64,000 bases of DNA from Psammoneis japonica (taxonomy: Eukaryota), in NCBI GenBank assembly GCA_008632985.1, contig QPGO01000009.1:434001-498000 (forward strand), given 5' to 3'. Positions 48,951 through 60,559 of this stretch are shown in pieces (position 1 is the first letter of the stretch; the number at the start of each line of letters is the position of its first letter). A program made the position numbers and the translations under genes. The notes under the pieces were generated by a model. That model was not told the DNA's origin. It made no database searches and worked only from the letters and a program-made list of their open reading frames with translations.

Positions 48951-50950
48951 CGATGCAGCAACATAATTTTGTCATTACACGAGATGTAAGATCCGAAAGA
49001 CATCAAGACAAAATAACATTCATGCTCATAAATTCTGAAATGTTTGAAATCTACGTCTGATGTGCGTCCGCAAAGATCTAGGGACTAACCAACGCGCGAC
49101 AACAACAATCAAATCAAAATCAAAGAACGAGAAACTTCACCATGACGCTCGCGATCGATTTGCCGCTCGTTTTTGGAAGATTCGGCATGCCAGTACCGGT
49201 TCCGACATTTTTGAAAATATCTGATCCCACTAGAGGATAAGTTGTCGAAACCTGCCAGGCACCGAGAGCACACGAGTCGTGGAAGACCGAGGACTGAGGC
49301 TCCGTGGACTTTACGTGCTTCTGGTACACGAACAATCCGATGCTGAATTCCGCTCGCTCTTGATTTGCTCATAATTCTGACAATCAACTCAAACAACACG
49401 GCAGTAAAATGGAGGAGTTGATTGTGTTTCTCTTTTGACCATGGCGCTCGTTGCCGTGGGTAGAGTAAGGTGCGTGTGTTCTTGCTCTGATCGTGTATCG
49501 TGTTGTTCCTTTTTCTTTTGTATTTCATCCACTCACCTCTCTCTCTCGCCTTCCTGTACGTACACAGAGACAGAATTATCATTCACCGTGGTTGTGGGCA
49601 AGAAGCGGATACGTTGAGGTGCTCGTGTCTAGGTTGCGGCACGGCGGTCTGGGATCGGATCTTCAAGACGAGGCGATGTACTGATTGTGGTTTGGGATTG
49701 GATTCACCAAGAAGGACGTTTTGAAAAGTACAGTAGCAATGCGAGGCTACCCATTAGGATTGAGCAGACGTGGCACTCAGTCTCCCAACAACGTTGGAAT
49801 AAGAGACGGCCTCTTGTCAATTGCTCTACCCGAAGCAGTAGCAAAATCTCGTACTTGACGTGTTGTGGCTTTTGCTGCCATGGGGCGGCGTGAACGTGGA
49901 AGCGGGGTTACTCATTAGGACTTGGATAGACGTGGCACTCAGTCTCGCAACCCGAGACGGCCTCTTGTCAATTATCCTGACTCGAAGCAGTAACGCGAAC
50001 TCGCACACGAATTCACAGTACGGAATGTTAGATTGCGGGGCCGCCTATTAGGGCATGAGTAGACGTGAAGGCTTCAGTCTCTCGTCAATTATTCATAGTC
50101 ACGAAGCAGTGGCACAAAAACTCGCACGCATGTCCATTGGTTGGGAGAAGAACGAATTTTGCCGCAAAGGCAAGGTGGACGTTAGACGGGGCTACCTAAT
50201 AGGGCATCGGCGGACCGGGCAATCAGCCTTTACCGATAGTCACGAAGCAGTAGCGCAACACTCGCCAACGTCTTCACCAAGGGGGGCATTACGTCAGTCG
50301 TGGGGTTGCCTAGTAGGGCTACCTGTGTGGTAGTCGCGAAGCAGTAGCTAAAACTCACCAGATGCCCCCACCTGTTCCACCAACAAGTCCTTCCGAAGAG
50401 GTGTTTGTTACGACATCCGGTGACCATGCCAAACCATATGAAGGCTAGTACTCGGAATATTGATGACTCAGTCGGTTTAAGAACTTTGCAATCTATCAGA
50501 GAAACGCGCTTTTTCTGCCGTTTGCGCCATCTCGGTTCGCTTTTACAGCTCAAGAATTCAGGCTCGCAGTACTGTAAGCCGAGGCCGTTTCAGACGTCAC
50601 GTTGAAAAAGAGAGGCAACATTGACGAAAGAGAATTCATTGACCACACTCTATTTCAGGCTCGAATTGCTATCATTAAGTCGTGTCGCTTCGGAAGTCAA
50701 GCTTGTTGTTGAAACATTGACGGAAGAGAATAGAGCATTCATTGGGGGCAAGATTTTCACAAGGCTCCCATTGAAAAAAAAACAAATCATACCTCTCTAG
50801 AGAGACAATAAAAACACGTCTCACATAAAAGGAATAGAAAACAGAGTTCCTAAAACGTCCGCTTGCAATTCTATACAGTGCCTTAGTCCTACTGCTAGCT
50901 CGCACATATGTCCTTTTCGTTGCAAAACACACGTGAATGTTGTGGACCAG
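47931..50950. repeat. Segmental direct duplication, copy B
   Basis: Aligns to 40223-43310. Confidence 0.95.
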
Positions 50951-51148
50951 AACTTCCCTGAATTCAACGATGACATGACTCCTCGTAGCACTTTCAACTT
51001 GTGGTAGCGCGACGCTTTGAACAGTCCCTCATTTCCGTTTCTGCAGTGAATTCTCAATCCGAGCAAAGAGCCCGGGAAGCCCACCTATCGAGGCACAAAG
51101 CGTCCGACTTCTAAGAGACTTCCAAATTTGCGCTAGATCGCCATGTCG

Positions 51149-53460
51149 TCATCTAGTTTTTTTGCGTTTAGTGTTTCGGCTCCAGCTTTCTGGTAAATCT
51201 TCTTGTTTGGCATGTCGGTAACCCACCGTCGTGTTTAGCAATGAACATATCGCTTCAGAATTTAGTCCACCAGACTGCAGTCTATACAAGACCTCATCCG
51301 TGACGAGACCATCTTGTTTGCATTGTTCAAATGCCAAGCCCACGCATTTAGCATGCAGGTCGCCGCTAGTAGGCAGAAGGTTGTTGCACGCTTTTATCCA
51401 AAAGCCATACGTAAAACTGTCTGGCGAAAGAGTTTTCGAGCTACGCAACTCTTGATAGGTTTTTGTAGCCTCCTGGAAAGCGACAATCTTGTCCTCCTTG
51501 TTACCAATAGCATTGGCGGCACAGCTCAAAACGTAATTGTAAGGATATTCGTTGGGTTTCAAAGATGGATGCTGAGTCTCTGTGTACATGTCGTTTAGTC
51601 TTTGTAACAATTCTCGTGCCTTGACCACGTTACCAACACGTTGTGGGCACTTGGACAAAGCCAGAATAGCCACTGTGAACGTTCGTAGATTCGGCATGTA
51701 CTCTTCCTTCCTTGTGCGATTGTAAATTTCGGTTGCTTGCTCCAAAAGATCCAGCGCCATTAAGGAAGCATCGGGGTCGGTGCTTTTCGACAGGCATTCC
51801 ACGACACTTGTATAGGAAATAATGTCGGGTTGCAAATCTCGACTTTGTCGCATTCGTTGCAATATGCCCATTGCCTTTTGCGCTGCACCACGATCGCGCT
51901 TGCTCTTGGCGTAAGCGTTAATCACAACATTGTAGTTTCGGACAGTCGGTGCCACGGATCTGTCCCCCTGTGCAGCGAGTTGTTCCATTCTCAACAATAT
52001 TTGCTCCGTCTGCTGTGCTGCATCCTTTCGGCCACTCTGAACCCATGCCTGCATAAGGTTGCTGTACGTGAACATATCGGGTCGAATCAACGGTTGATCG
52101 CTCCAACCTCGATCCTGCATGTGCTCTACAAGGTCGATTGCTTTCTGCAAGGACTTTTGAGACACGTGGGCTTGTAGGACTGAGTTGTAGGTCAACTTAT
52201 CGGGTACCAGCGATGGACAGATTTCTTGCAGCTCGTCCAGCTTGAAAAGCCATTCTTGAGCTGTGTGTGCGTGTCCCAACCGCGACCATGCTGTAATGAC
52301 ACCGTTGAATGCAATCAATTCCAATGTGTCCAATTTTCCACTCTTAAAACGATCAACGGCCTCCAGTAGCAAGTCATCAGCATGCTGGATCATTTTAATC
52401 TTGTCCGATCTCGAAGTTACTCTCTGTTTGGACCAAGCCAAGATAATGTTGGAGTAGGTTTGGGAATTCGGTAGAGTTGAATTGGGCATGGACTGACTCA
52501 TGGCTTTCATATCATCAAAAACGCCCTGAGCATTTTGTGGAGAAGTCGAGTCGGAACTCTTACTCAGAGCTTCCACCACCCAATCATGGCATTGAAGGAC
52601 GCGTGATTTCTCATTCAAATCATTAGGGGTTTGCTTGCTTTTGACGATATCTAACATTTCCATAGCCCGACGAGCACATGTTCCTGGTTGCAAATTAGCT
52701 TGTTGCCACGACCAAGCATGCAAGACGTGTACATAACTTTCCAAGTCGGGCTTTGGTATTCGCTCCAGCAAGTCTTCCGCGTGTCGAGCGTAATTCACAT
52801 TTCCTCGCGGTGTAGCGCATATCGCATATGCCTCGAGCACCAAGTTGTAGAGAGCTGTGGGAATTTCTTGATCTGGATTATTCTTCAACAGCATAAACTC
52901 TAACTGTTGCAGCAACTCTTCCAGTCGATCCGCAGCACAAACCAAGCGCGTCGTAGTTTTGCTGCTTGCTTCGTTCCTCTGCATCACATACCATCTTGAC
53001 CGGTTTCGTTTCAGATAGGCGCCCATGACAATTTCAAACGATTCGATGGTGGCTCTTTGCATTTTACAAAGATGCTGCAGCATAGCATCTACCCGTTCTG
53101 CTCCATCAACGTCGGTTGTTAACAGAGTTGGCTTGTTTCTTCGGTTCATCTCAAATAACGGAAGAGCTTCTTGCTGGTTTTTCTTCAAGACGCGAATCAT
53201 ATCCATATGAAACGGATGTGTGGTTGTTCTATTGTTGCTACCAACGACAATTTCATTTTCAAAGTCGTCTGTAAAGAAAGCTTCTTGTTCTTCTTGCCGT
53301 TGTTCCAGCACCATTGGCAATCTCAGTTGTGCGTGTCGGCACGTGTAGCCAAACAACTTTCTCGAACCAGACCTGAACATTTCGTCAAAATCAATAGCAA
53401 CCACAACCATATCACGCTACTGCGGTATTGTATTGAGCAATAGCTAGCTTGCTGGACCAT
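51149..53460 (-). CDS. Pentatricopeptide-repeat (PPR) protein, probably organelle-targeted; probable frameshift near the N-terminus
   Basis: Repeats PDKLTYNSVL, PDMFTYSNLMQAW, PTVRNYNVVINAYAK and PDIISYTSVV, with C-terminal LPESWSRN. A signal-peptide-like MVQQ...WLWLLLILTKCSG is in a different frame. Confidence 0.88.
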
Positions 53461-53756
53461 TGCGAAAGTGTGGTTGCTTTCTAAGCTGCTCTCAATTCGC
53501 AATCCGGGAAAGAAGATGAGCATGTCGCATGCGTGCACGCAAAAAAAAGCAAGAAGTTTGATGATTTTATGATGGCTGGCTGCGAGCTGATTGATGGATG
53601 GTCGATGGGCGTCCGTCCGTCTGCTGATCATCGGAGATGTCTGCTACTCGTATTAGGGCCCTAGACGCATCCATCGTTAAACCATGATGTGCTCTTTTAT
53701 CTCAGCTTACAAGTCTACATTTGGATCTTGTTCTTAGAATCATCCGTTGCTTCTTC

Positions 53757-54983
53757 TCACGCTTCAGCGGTCGTCGTTGCATTGTTGTTTTCCGATATGC
53801 TCGTGTAGACGTCACTCTGAACTTGAGCGGCGGCTTCCTCTAGCAAGCTCCGCTTTTCCTTGTAATACTTTTCTTCCAGTTCCGCACGCAGACGAAACTC
53901 CTCTTCCAATCGCTCATCTGCCACATTCTTTTCTTCCTCCAAAATTGCCAGACGTTCCATGATTTGGGCCAAGGGAGAGAGTTTGTCTTCGTTTTCCATA
54001 ATTTGTTTGTTCCAGTTCTCTGACATTTGCTGCGCGAATCGTTCCTTTTGATCCAAATCATCGGTTGTCGTGGTACCTGCAAGAGAAGGAGGAAGAGGCA
54101 CTGGGGAATCCGTATCGCTAATCCAACTACTATCTTGTTGATTCCCAGATTCTTTCAATCGCTCCATGCGTTCCTCACGCAATGTAATCTCCTCCTCATT
54201 GTCTGTAAAGGCAGATGTCATGTCCAAGTCTTCAACGACACCACTGTTACTGTCCGCGGTGGCAGCCATTGCTGGTTCCAAGGCGGGTTCAGGCTCTTCG
54301 ACTCGCTTCTTGAGACGTTTCCTAATTTTCTTCTTTTTCTTTGGAGCTGATGCTTCTTCCGATGACGGAGCTTCCTTTTCTTTTCCAACATCTGTGCCAG
54401 TCGAAAAAGCCTGCGAGTCTTCATCGACATTGATGGTTCGACGAAAGTTAAAAGCGTCATTCAATTCTCTCTGCGCCTTCCGAATTTCCTCCAGCTGCAA
54501 TTGACTTTCAAAGTTGCTCTCTACGGTTTTTGACAAGTCGGCACCGAGGGTTCGAAAGTTTTGAATGAATTTTCCAATTTCCTTTACAACCTTGTACAAA
54601 TCACTCGGGCCTAAGATGAAGTAGCCAACTAACAAAATTGTAACCTGATGTTACACGTAAGAAAAGTGATGAATGAGACAACATGAAAATCAATTGGCAG
54701 GTCGAACGATCTTAGATCCCAGTATATCATCACTCACCACTTCGGGAGCACCAACACCAAGAATACCTCCTTCGCTTCCCATAAAATATAGAGATGTCGA
54801 AGAAGACTTTGGTTTTCTTGTGTTGACTAGGCGTTGTTGTCGTTGTTGTCGGAGCGGTTGGTACCGTCGGTCGAACTTTGTGAGCCGATTGCTATTTGGT
54901 AAACTGGAATGTTGAGATGGAACAAAAGCACTGCTCTCATTCAAAAGACAGAAAAGTGCCAATGATATTCTCAACCACTTCAT
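53757..54983 (-). CDS. tatB: Plastid twin-arginine translocase subunit TatB/Hcf106; intron 54645-54737
   Basis: Bipartite presequence ...ESSA-FVP. Splicing gives GILGVGAPEV-VTILLVGYFILGPSDLYKVVKEIGKFI, followed by an acidic tail. Confidence 0.85.
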
Positions 54984-55301
54984 GTTGTCTTTCTGATAAA
55001 GGTGTTTCGGTCTGGGTAGCAATTGGCAGGGACAACAACGTCAACAACAGAAACGGTGCGGCTCTGTGCTCATGTTTCAATCGCGAGAAACGTCAGCCGC
55101 TCGTCGCTCGCTTCAAGCTTGCCGTAGAGTACAATACACTTTGTACATACTATGATTCCACGTGAAGTCTTCGTATAGGTCGGAGGGAGTCTGTAACTCA
55201 TCCGTTTTAGGGGCAATAGTATTTGCATTTTGGAATTTCATTTCTCCCTCCACATTACATGGCGACGGCACATTCTGAACAATTGCGTTCCGTACACCAC
55301 A

Positions 55302-56009
55302 ATGAGCAGCAAATTGGATGAAGCTTGTATCTTTTTCATTTCAAACATATTTACGAGTAGACTCAATGCTATCGGTATTTCCAACCTTCCCACCGCCATT
55401 ACAAAGTTTCGAAGAAAAGGTGGCTTCAACAAGGGCAACTTGTTGGAGCTCTGCAGTGGGGTCTTTCATTCCTTGGTGGTCGTTTCAGGAATTACGAGCC
55501 AGTACACCGATATCATTAAACTTAAAGCTGCATTCAACATATCGAAGGTCGTTGTGAACAGCATACGGCAAAGAAAAGTAGAAGAACAGGAAGCATCCAA
55601 AAAGACCGACGAGAAGGCCGACCATGAAGCAAGCATTGAGGAGGCGAGACCTCCCGGAGTCGTCGCAACCTTTTTCCGAGCCCTATTTACCAAAAACAAG
55701 GAGGATCGCAAGAAACCACCGCAAGACGAGCAAAAGACCGGAAAAATCGCACTCGAAAAGACAAAGTCCTTGTTGGCTGGCAAGCGACAAAATGCTTTTG
55801 AAGACATTATGTGGGGCGTCTTTCAAGTCTCATTGGTCTTTTTCAATGTTGGGAAATGGCAAGCAGTGGGCCATGCTTGGATGGTATTTTTGGTCCATAC
55901 ATTAGAAAAGACAGTCATGAATGAAAAGCTCAGCAAGAAGCAAAAATGGAGAAAGTTCTTCTGGCTTACGGCAGTCGCGTACACGACTGGGAAACTAGTA
56001 TTCTATTAG
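55302..56009 (+). CDS. Hypothetical membrane protein
   Basis: 235-aa ORF in normal-composition DNA with C-terminal hydrophobic segments. No family recognised. Confidence 0.5.
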   Translation: MSSKLDEACIFFISNIFTSRLNAIGISNLPTAITKFRRKGGFNKGNLLELCSGVFHSLVVVSGITSQYTDIIKLKAAFNISKVVVNSIRQRKVEEQEASKKTDEKADHEASIEEARPPGVVATFFRALFTKNKEDRKKPPQDEQKTGKIALEKTKSLLAGKRQNAFEDIMWGVFQVSLVFFNVGKWQAVGHAWMVFLVHTLEKTVMNEKLSKKQKWRKFFWLTAVAYTTGKLVFY

Positions 56010-56906
56010 TCTCTCTCTCTAGAGATAGTGCTCCGTGTTGTGTTGCCATTATGTACGACCAGTATTGGCGAAGAAGGACAAATAGCCATCATCATCTTCA
56101 TTGCACAGACCACAGACAATCAAAGCGTATGAAGATGTTTCATGGTCATGCAGTGGCTAGATGCATTTGAGAGTGGCTCGCTCACGAAACTACTCGAAGC
56201 ACTTAGATCACCGATAGACCCGCGGCCATTGCTGAACTAACAAAGTTGACGGGAGCAGAATGATTGAGATTCCAGCTGGTAGTCTAAGTTCCTCTTTCGC
56301 AAATGAAGACGTGCCAAGAATCCTTGAAAAACAGCTTCCGAATCGTGCGATGCGTACTGTACCGAGGATTTCCAAGTATCTTATTACTAATCGTCAATAT
56401 CAAAAGTAACTTATTGCCACAGACCAAGAAATCAGAAAGACGCTTTCAGATTACCGCGATTTACATCCCACCCTCTGTTTACCGGTAACATGAGGCGAGG
56501 TATGATAGAGATTAGATGGGTACATTCCGGTTTGAATGCGGCTAACTAAGCTACTGTCACTTCTCTTCCTTCTTCAAACATGCTCTACTAGTCTCTCTCT
56601 AGAGAGAGCCTACAGTACGTACGGTAGGTAGCTTTTGGCCCGCTAGGTCTACTACTAGCTACTCTACTACTCTAGAGCTACCGTAGTAGCTAGCTACCTC
56701 TACCGGTAGAGATGGCCCTACCGGTACATGTTGCCAAAAGAGTGCCGACGGAGACCCGGAAAGTTCAGAGGTTTAACTTGATCCCTATTGTTGAAGGCGC
56801 TGCATTCTCATTGTTTCTTGATTTTGTTTTATCGCAAGATCTTCTGGGAAATCATTCTTGTTATCCTGTTCTTGACAGTCAAGATCTTGACACCAAACAT
56901 CTGATC

Positions 56907-57491
56907 ATGTCTCGATACAGCGGCTTTACGACGGGGTGCCTGAGGCTGCTTTCGATTGCTTCCTTGTTTGCATTGGATGGTGCTTTTGCCTTTGTACCGT
57001 CTCCCCGGCGTTTTTCTGCTCATCAGGCTGCTGCTTACAAAACGACAATGAGCACTTTTCCCAAGGATGTTGTGGCCATCTCTGCTCTGGTGTGGATAAT
57101 TACAGCTGCTCCTCCCATGGCGCAGGCTACCGACCCGGTTGCCGACGGAGCAATCGTCTTTGATGCTAATTGTGCACAGTGCCATTGTAAGTGATTGCTG
57201 AATTTGTGAGAGCGTTATGAAAAATTTGTATCCGTCTCGTTTCTTACTGGTTGTGCAATGCTCTCTTTGTGTTTAGCCGGGGGAGGAAACGTGATCGCCC
57301 AAGACAGAAACCTGCAGCAGCAGGCACTTACAAAATTTCTAAACATGGACCCAAATGCCATTCAGAACTTTGTTCAAAACGGATTGGTTCATCGCGGGGC
57401 TCTTTCCTTCGGTAGCAATAAGTTGACGGAGCAAGACTTTGAGGATGTTGCAGCCTACGTGGTTGATCAAGCCGCAGGAAACAAGTGGTAG
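56907..57491 (+). CDS. Thylakoid-lumen cytochrome c6-like protein; intron 57187-57276
   Basis: Signal ...AFA-FVP, lumen transfer peptide ending AQA, GAIVFDANCAQCH-SGGGNVI, and C-terminal EDVAAYVVDQAAGNKW. Confidence 0.85.
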
Positions 57492-57600
57492 CATCCCAAT
57501 CCGAAATACCTTAGGACGATCCTACATTGCCGTGGTATCCAGGGAAATGCACCCTCCAGAGACAAGGATATTAAAATTAGATTCAAAGATAGTTCTACTG

Positions 57601-58866
57601 CTACTTGAGTTGTTTCAAACGTAGGCAGGCTTCAGCAATGTCCTGTTTAGATCGACAAGCTGCGAAACGCAAGTAGTGCCGACCCTCGTCTTTTGACTTT
57701 CCATAGAAATTGTCGCCAGGGACGCATGCAACCCCCACAGTCTTGATCATGTGCATGGCTGCCTCCATAGGCTCCATTGCACTCAACTTGGGGACGTTTG
57801 TGTATTTCGCAAACAGATAGTATGCACCTTCTGGCGGAGTAACCACAAATCCAGCCGCGACTAGCGCCGCGGCCAGCACGTCGAGTCTGTCCTTGTATTT
57901 CGTCTTTAGCTCCCGACAAAAGTATGATTCCGGTAGAGACAGATAGGTCAAGGCAGCATATTGCATTGGATGTGGTGCCATCAAGACCATTTGGTCGTGC
58001 ACGCCACGATAGGCGTCCGCCAAGTGCTCTGGATGAATGCACCAACCTAGTCTCCATCCAGTGGCCGATGCTGACTTTCCAATCGAATTGCAAATCAAAG
58101 TCTGGTCTGCAACCTTTGGGAATTCCTTTGGAATAATGTAGTGAGGAGTTTCACCATACAACATGTGCTCATATATTTCGTCTGTCAAAATGTAGACATT
58201 GTATTTGTGGCAAAGGTCAGTAATGAATTTGAGCTCGTTGTAGGTGAACACCTTTCCAGTAGGATTGTGGGGTGAGTTGAGCACCAGAATACGAGCGTGT
58301 GAGATTGCTTCTTCCATTTCCGCCTCGTCATACGTCCAGGTGCTACCACTAGGGCGAAGAGTAACAAAGATTGGGTTCAAGTGAAAAATACCGCACTGGC
58401 TCGGATACAATTCGTGGAAAGGTTCTAGACAAACGACTCCATCCCCTGGCATACCAAGCGTTCTCAGCGCTGATGCAAAAGCTTCTGTTGCTCCTAGAGT
58501 CACAGTTACGGTGTTTGGGTCAACATTGTAGTCATAGAGCCGTCGATAGTGATCGGATATCGCCTGACGCAGGTCCGCTCTACCCATGGGCGCGCAGTAT
58601 TGATTGATCTCGTCACTTTCCGCCGGAGAAGTTGCTTTTCCGACCAGGGCTGTGATGGATTCTTGAAGATTGGTTTCAGACACTTCCAAGTCACATTCGG
58701 GCTTGCCTGCGAGGACACCATACGCCAACGCCAAACGCACTTTCCATGACGGAGCTTCGTTTGGATACCCTTGACTTAGGTTCACGGCTTTGTGTTTCTG
58801 TGCCAACACTGTCATTTTGCGAATGACAGATTCCTTTACCCTTCCGAGATTATGTGATGGTGCCAT
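57601..58866 (-). CDS. PLP-dependent class I/II aminotransferase (kynurenine/methionine aminotransferase-like)
   Basis: AVNLSQGYP, LNSPHNPTGKVF, TDEIYEH, SIGKSASATGWRLGW, PEGAYYLF and LRFA. Confidence 0.92.
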   Translation of the reverse strand: MAPSHNLGRVKESVIRKMTVLAQKHKAVNLSQGYPNEAPSWKVRLALAYGVLAGKPECDLEVSETNLQESITALVGKATSPAESDEINQYCAPMGRADLRQAISDHYRRLYDYNVDPNTVTVTLGATEAFASALRTLGMPGDGVVCLEPFHELYPSQCGIFHLNPIFVTLRPSGSTWTYDEAEMEEAISHARILVLNSPHNPTGKVFTYNELKFITDLCHKYNVYILTDEIYEHMLYGETPHYIIPKEFPKVADQTLICNSIGKSASATGWRLGWCIHPEHLADAYRGVHDQMVLMAPHPMQYAALTYLSLPESYFCRELKTKYKDRLDVLAAALVAAGFVVTPPEGAYYLFAKYTNVPKLSAMEPMEAAMHMIKTVGVACVPGDNFYGKSKDEGRHYLRFAACRSKQDIAEACLRLKQLK

Positions 58867-59107
58867 GTTTGAATCGAAACGCTGTGCTACTGATACAAGT
58901 CGACAATTACTTGTTGCTAAGCCTTGTTGATATGCTACCGGTACAGAAAAAAGTCGGACGGGGTTCTGCGCAATGTCTCCGGTAGAAGCAGGGCAGCAGG
59001 GGGAAACACAGACGGACAACAAAAGTCCATTCGCTATTCGCTTCGACAACGACTTTTTGCCACTGTGTGTACTTGTTGCATTTGATGCACAAGCCATTGT
59101 AGTCATA

Positions 59108-60076
59108 ATGAGGACTTTGTATAGCTTGCGAGAAGTGTTGGACGAAAGGAACTCAGACGAGGTCGAACACATCTTCATCGATCAGGGTCTTCAACAAAGA
59201 AATGCTATCGAGGAATTGTGCCGAGTCCTCCACTCCTTTCGTGAAGTGACGGATCTTGACTTGTATGATTTATACATTGGCCCAGAGGAAACAGAAGAAT
59301 TGTCACGAGCCCTTCCATCGCTCCCAAAGCTGAGCGTGCTTGTTCTGGGTAACACCAGTTTTCGTTTGGGGAATGACGGTGCCAAGAGTTTGTCAACAGT
59401 CATCCCTAAACTTTCTCGGCTGGAGGAACTGCACCTGACTTATAACAACATTGGCCCTGAAGGTGTAGAGGCTGTGTGCAACAAAATCGGTGAAACAAGA
59501 ATCACGCTTTTTGGGCTTCTCGGAAATCCATTTGGACGTCAAGTTGCAGAAAGCATTGGACAACTTATCATGAATAATCGCACACTGACACATTTGTTAC
59601 TTTTTGAGTGTGGCATTGGAGATGAGGAAGTCAAGGTGTTGGCCAGAAGCCTGCTGCACAACTCATCAATTGTTTCTGTCGATCTATCGGATAATAACAT
59701 TGGGGACGATGGAGCTAGAGCCCTTGGAGAAACGCTTGTGAGAAACGACACAATCGAAGAATTGGATGTGACGCGTAACCCATTTAGAGACATGGGGATG
59801 GCGGCCCTAGTAGATGCTGCAAAGCAAAATACGAAGGTCAGTCTTCGCCGCTTATGTGACCGCATGGATGATGAGCTAAGGGCTGAAATTGAAAGGGACC
59901 GCATGATGTTGCAGGGCATTTCACGGTTGTTGGGTGACAATTCTGTTCCAGATGCCATTTGGGCCAAGGTTTTGGAACGGGTTGGCCACAACTCCGTCCT
60001 TTGTTACCGTGCGCACAAGGCCAAACCGGATCTTTACAAGAAACGGCCCGTTGCTTCCGAACTAGAGCAGAAGTAG
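59108..60076 (+). CDS. Leucine-rich-repeat (RNI-like) protein
   Basis: LEELHLTYNNIGPEG, LTHLLLFECGIGDEE, VDLSDNNIGDDGARALGETL and LDVTRNPF repeats. Confidence 0.85.
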   Translation: MRTLYSLREVLDERNSDEVEHIFIDQGLQQRNAIEELCRVLHSFREVTDLDLYDLYIGPEETEELSRALPSLPKLSVLVLGNTSFRLGNDGAKSLSTVIPKLSRLEELHLTYNNIGPEGVEAVCNKIGETRITLFGLLGNPFGRQVAESIGQLIMNNRTLTHLLLFECGIGDEEVKVLARSLLHNSSIVSVDLSDNNIGDDGARALGETLVRNDTIEELDVTRNPFRDMGMAALVDAAKQNTKVSLRRLCDRMDDELRAEIERDRMMLQGISRLLGDNSVPDAIWAKVLERVGHNSVLCYRAHKAKPDLYKKRPVASELEQK

Positions 60077-60559
60077 TTTGGGATGTCAACCAGTGTGAGA
60101 CACGTCCATCGAAGTCCCTTGGTGTTGAGTGTTTGTAAATTTCTAGAAAGACACGTGTGTCTATTTTATTGTCTACCAAGTTCATTCTTTGTATAGAGTA
60201 GTGTCGGTGTCTTCGCTGGAATTGTTGCTACGTCCGAACTGGGTTCGGGCTGCTGCTGCTGCTGTCGTCGCTGCCCATGTTATGGTCGGAGTCGGTATCG
60301 TCGAGCGTCGGCACGTCTGGTGGGATTAGCGGTGGCCGAGGTTCAGGGCTCCAAATGTCCAGGAGCATGTCGTGTCTAAGGATTCGGATGGAGTTGACAG
60401 TGGTCGACGGTGGCTGGAGACGACACCCTACCTGTGTCGTTAGTGGAATGGATCCTGGGAGTCGTTGAAAGGGGTTCTGCGTCCCTTCGGGGTCTTTTGG
60501 GATAGTTTTATCCGAATTTGCACCAATCGCGGAGCAACAGCTCGCCCATTCCACACTGC

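Noticed and set aside
58867..59178. N-terminal extensions making the aminotransferase and LRR genes overlap
   Set aside because: Recognisable sequence starts at Met 58866 (-) and Met 59108 (+). The gap is better read as a short divergent promoter.
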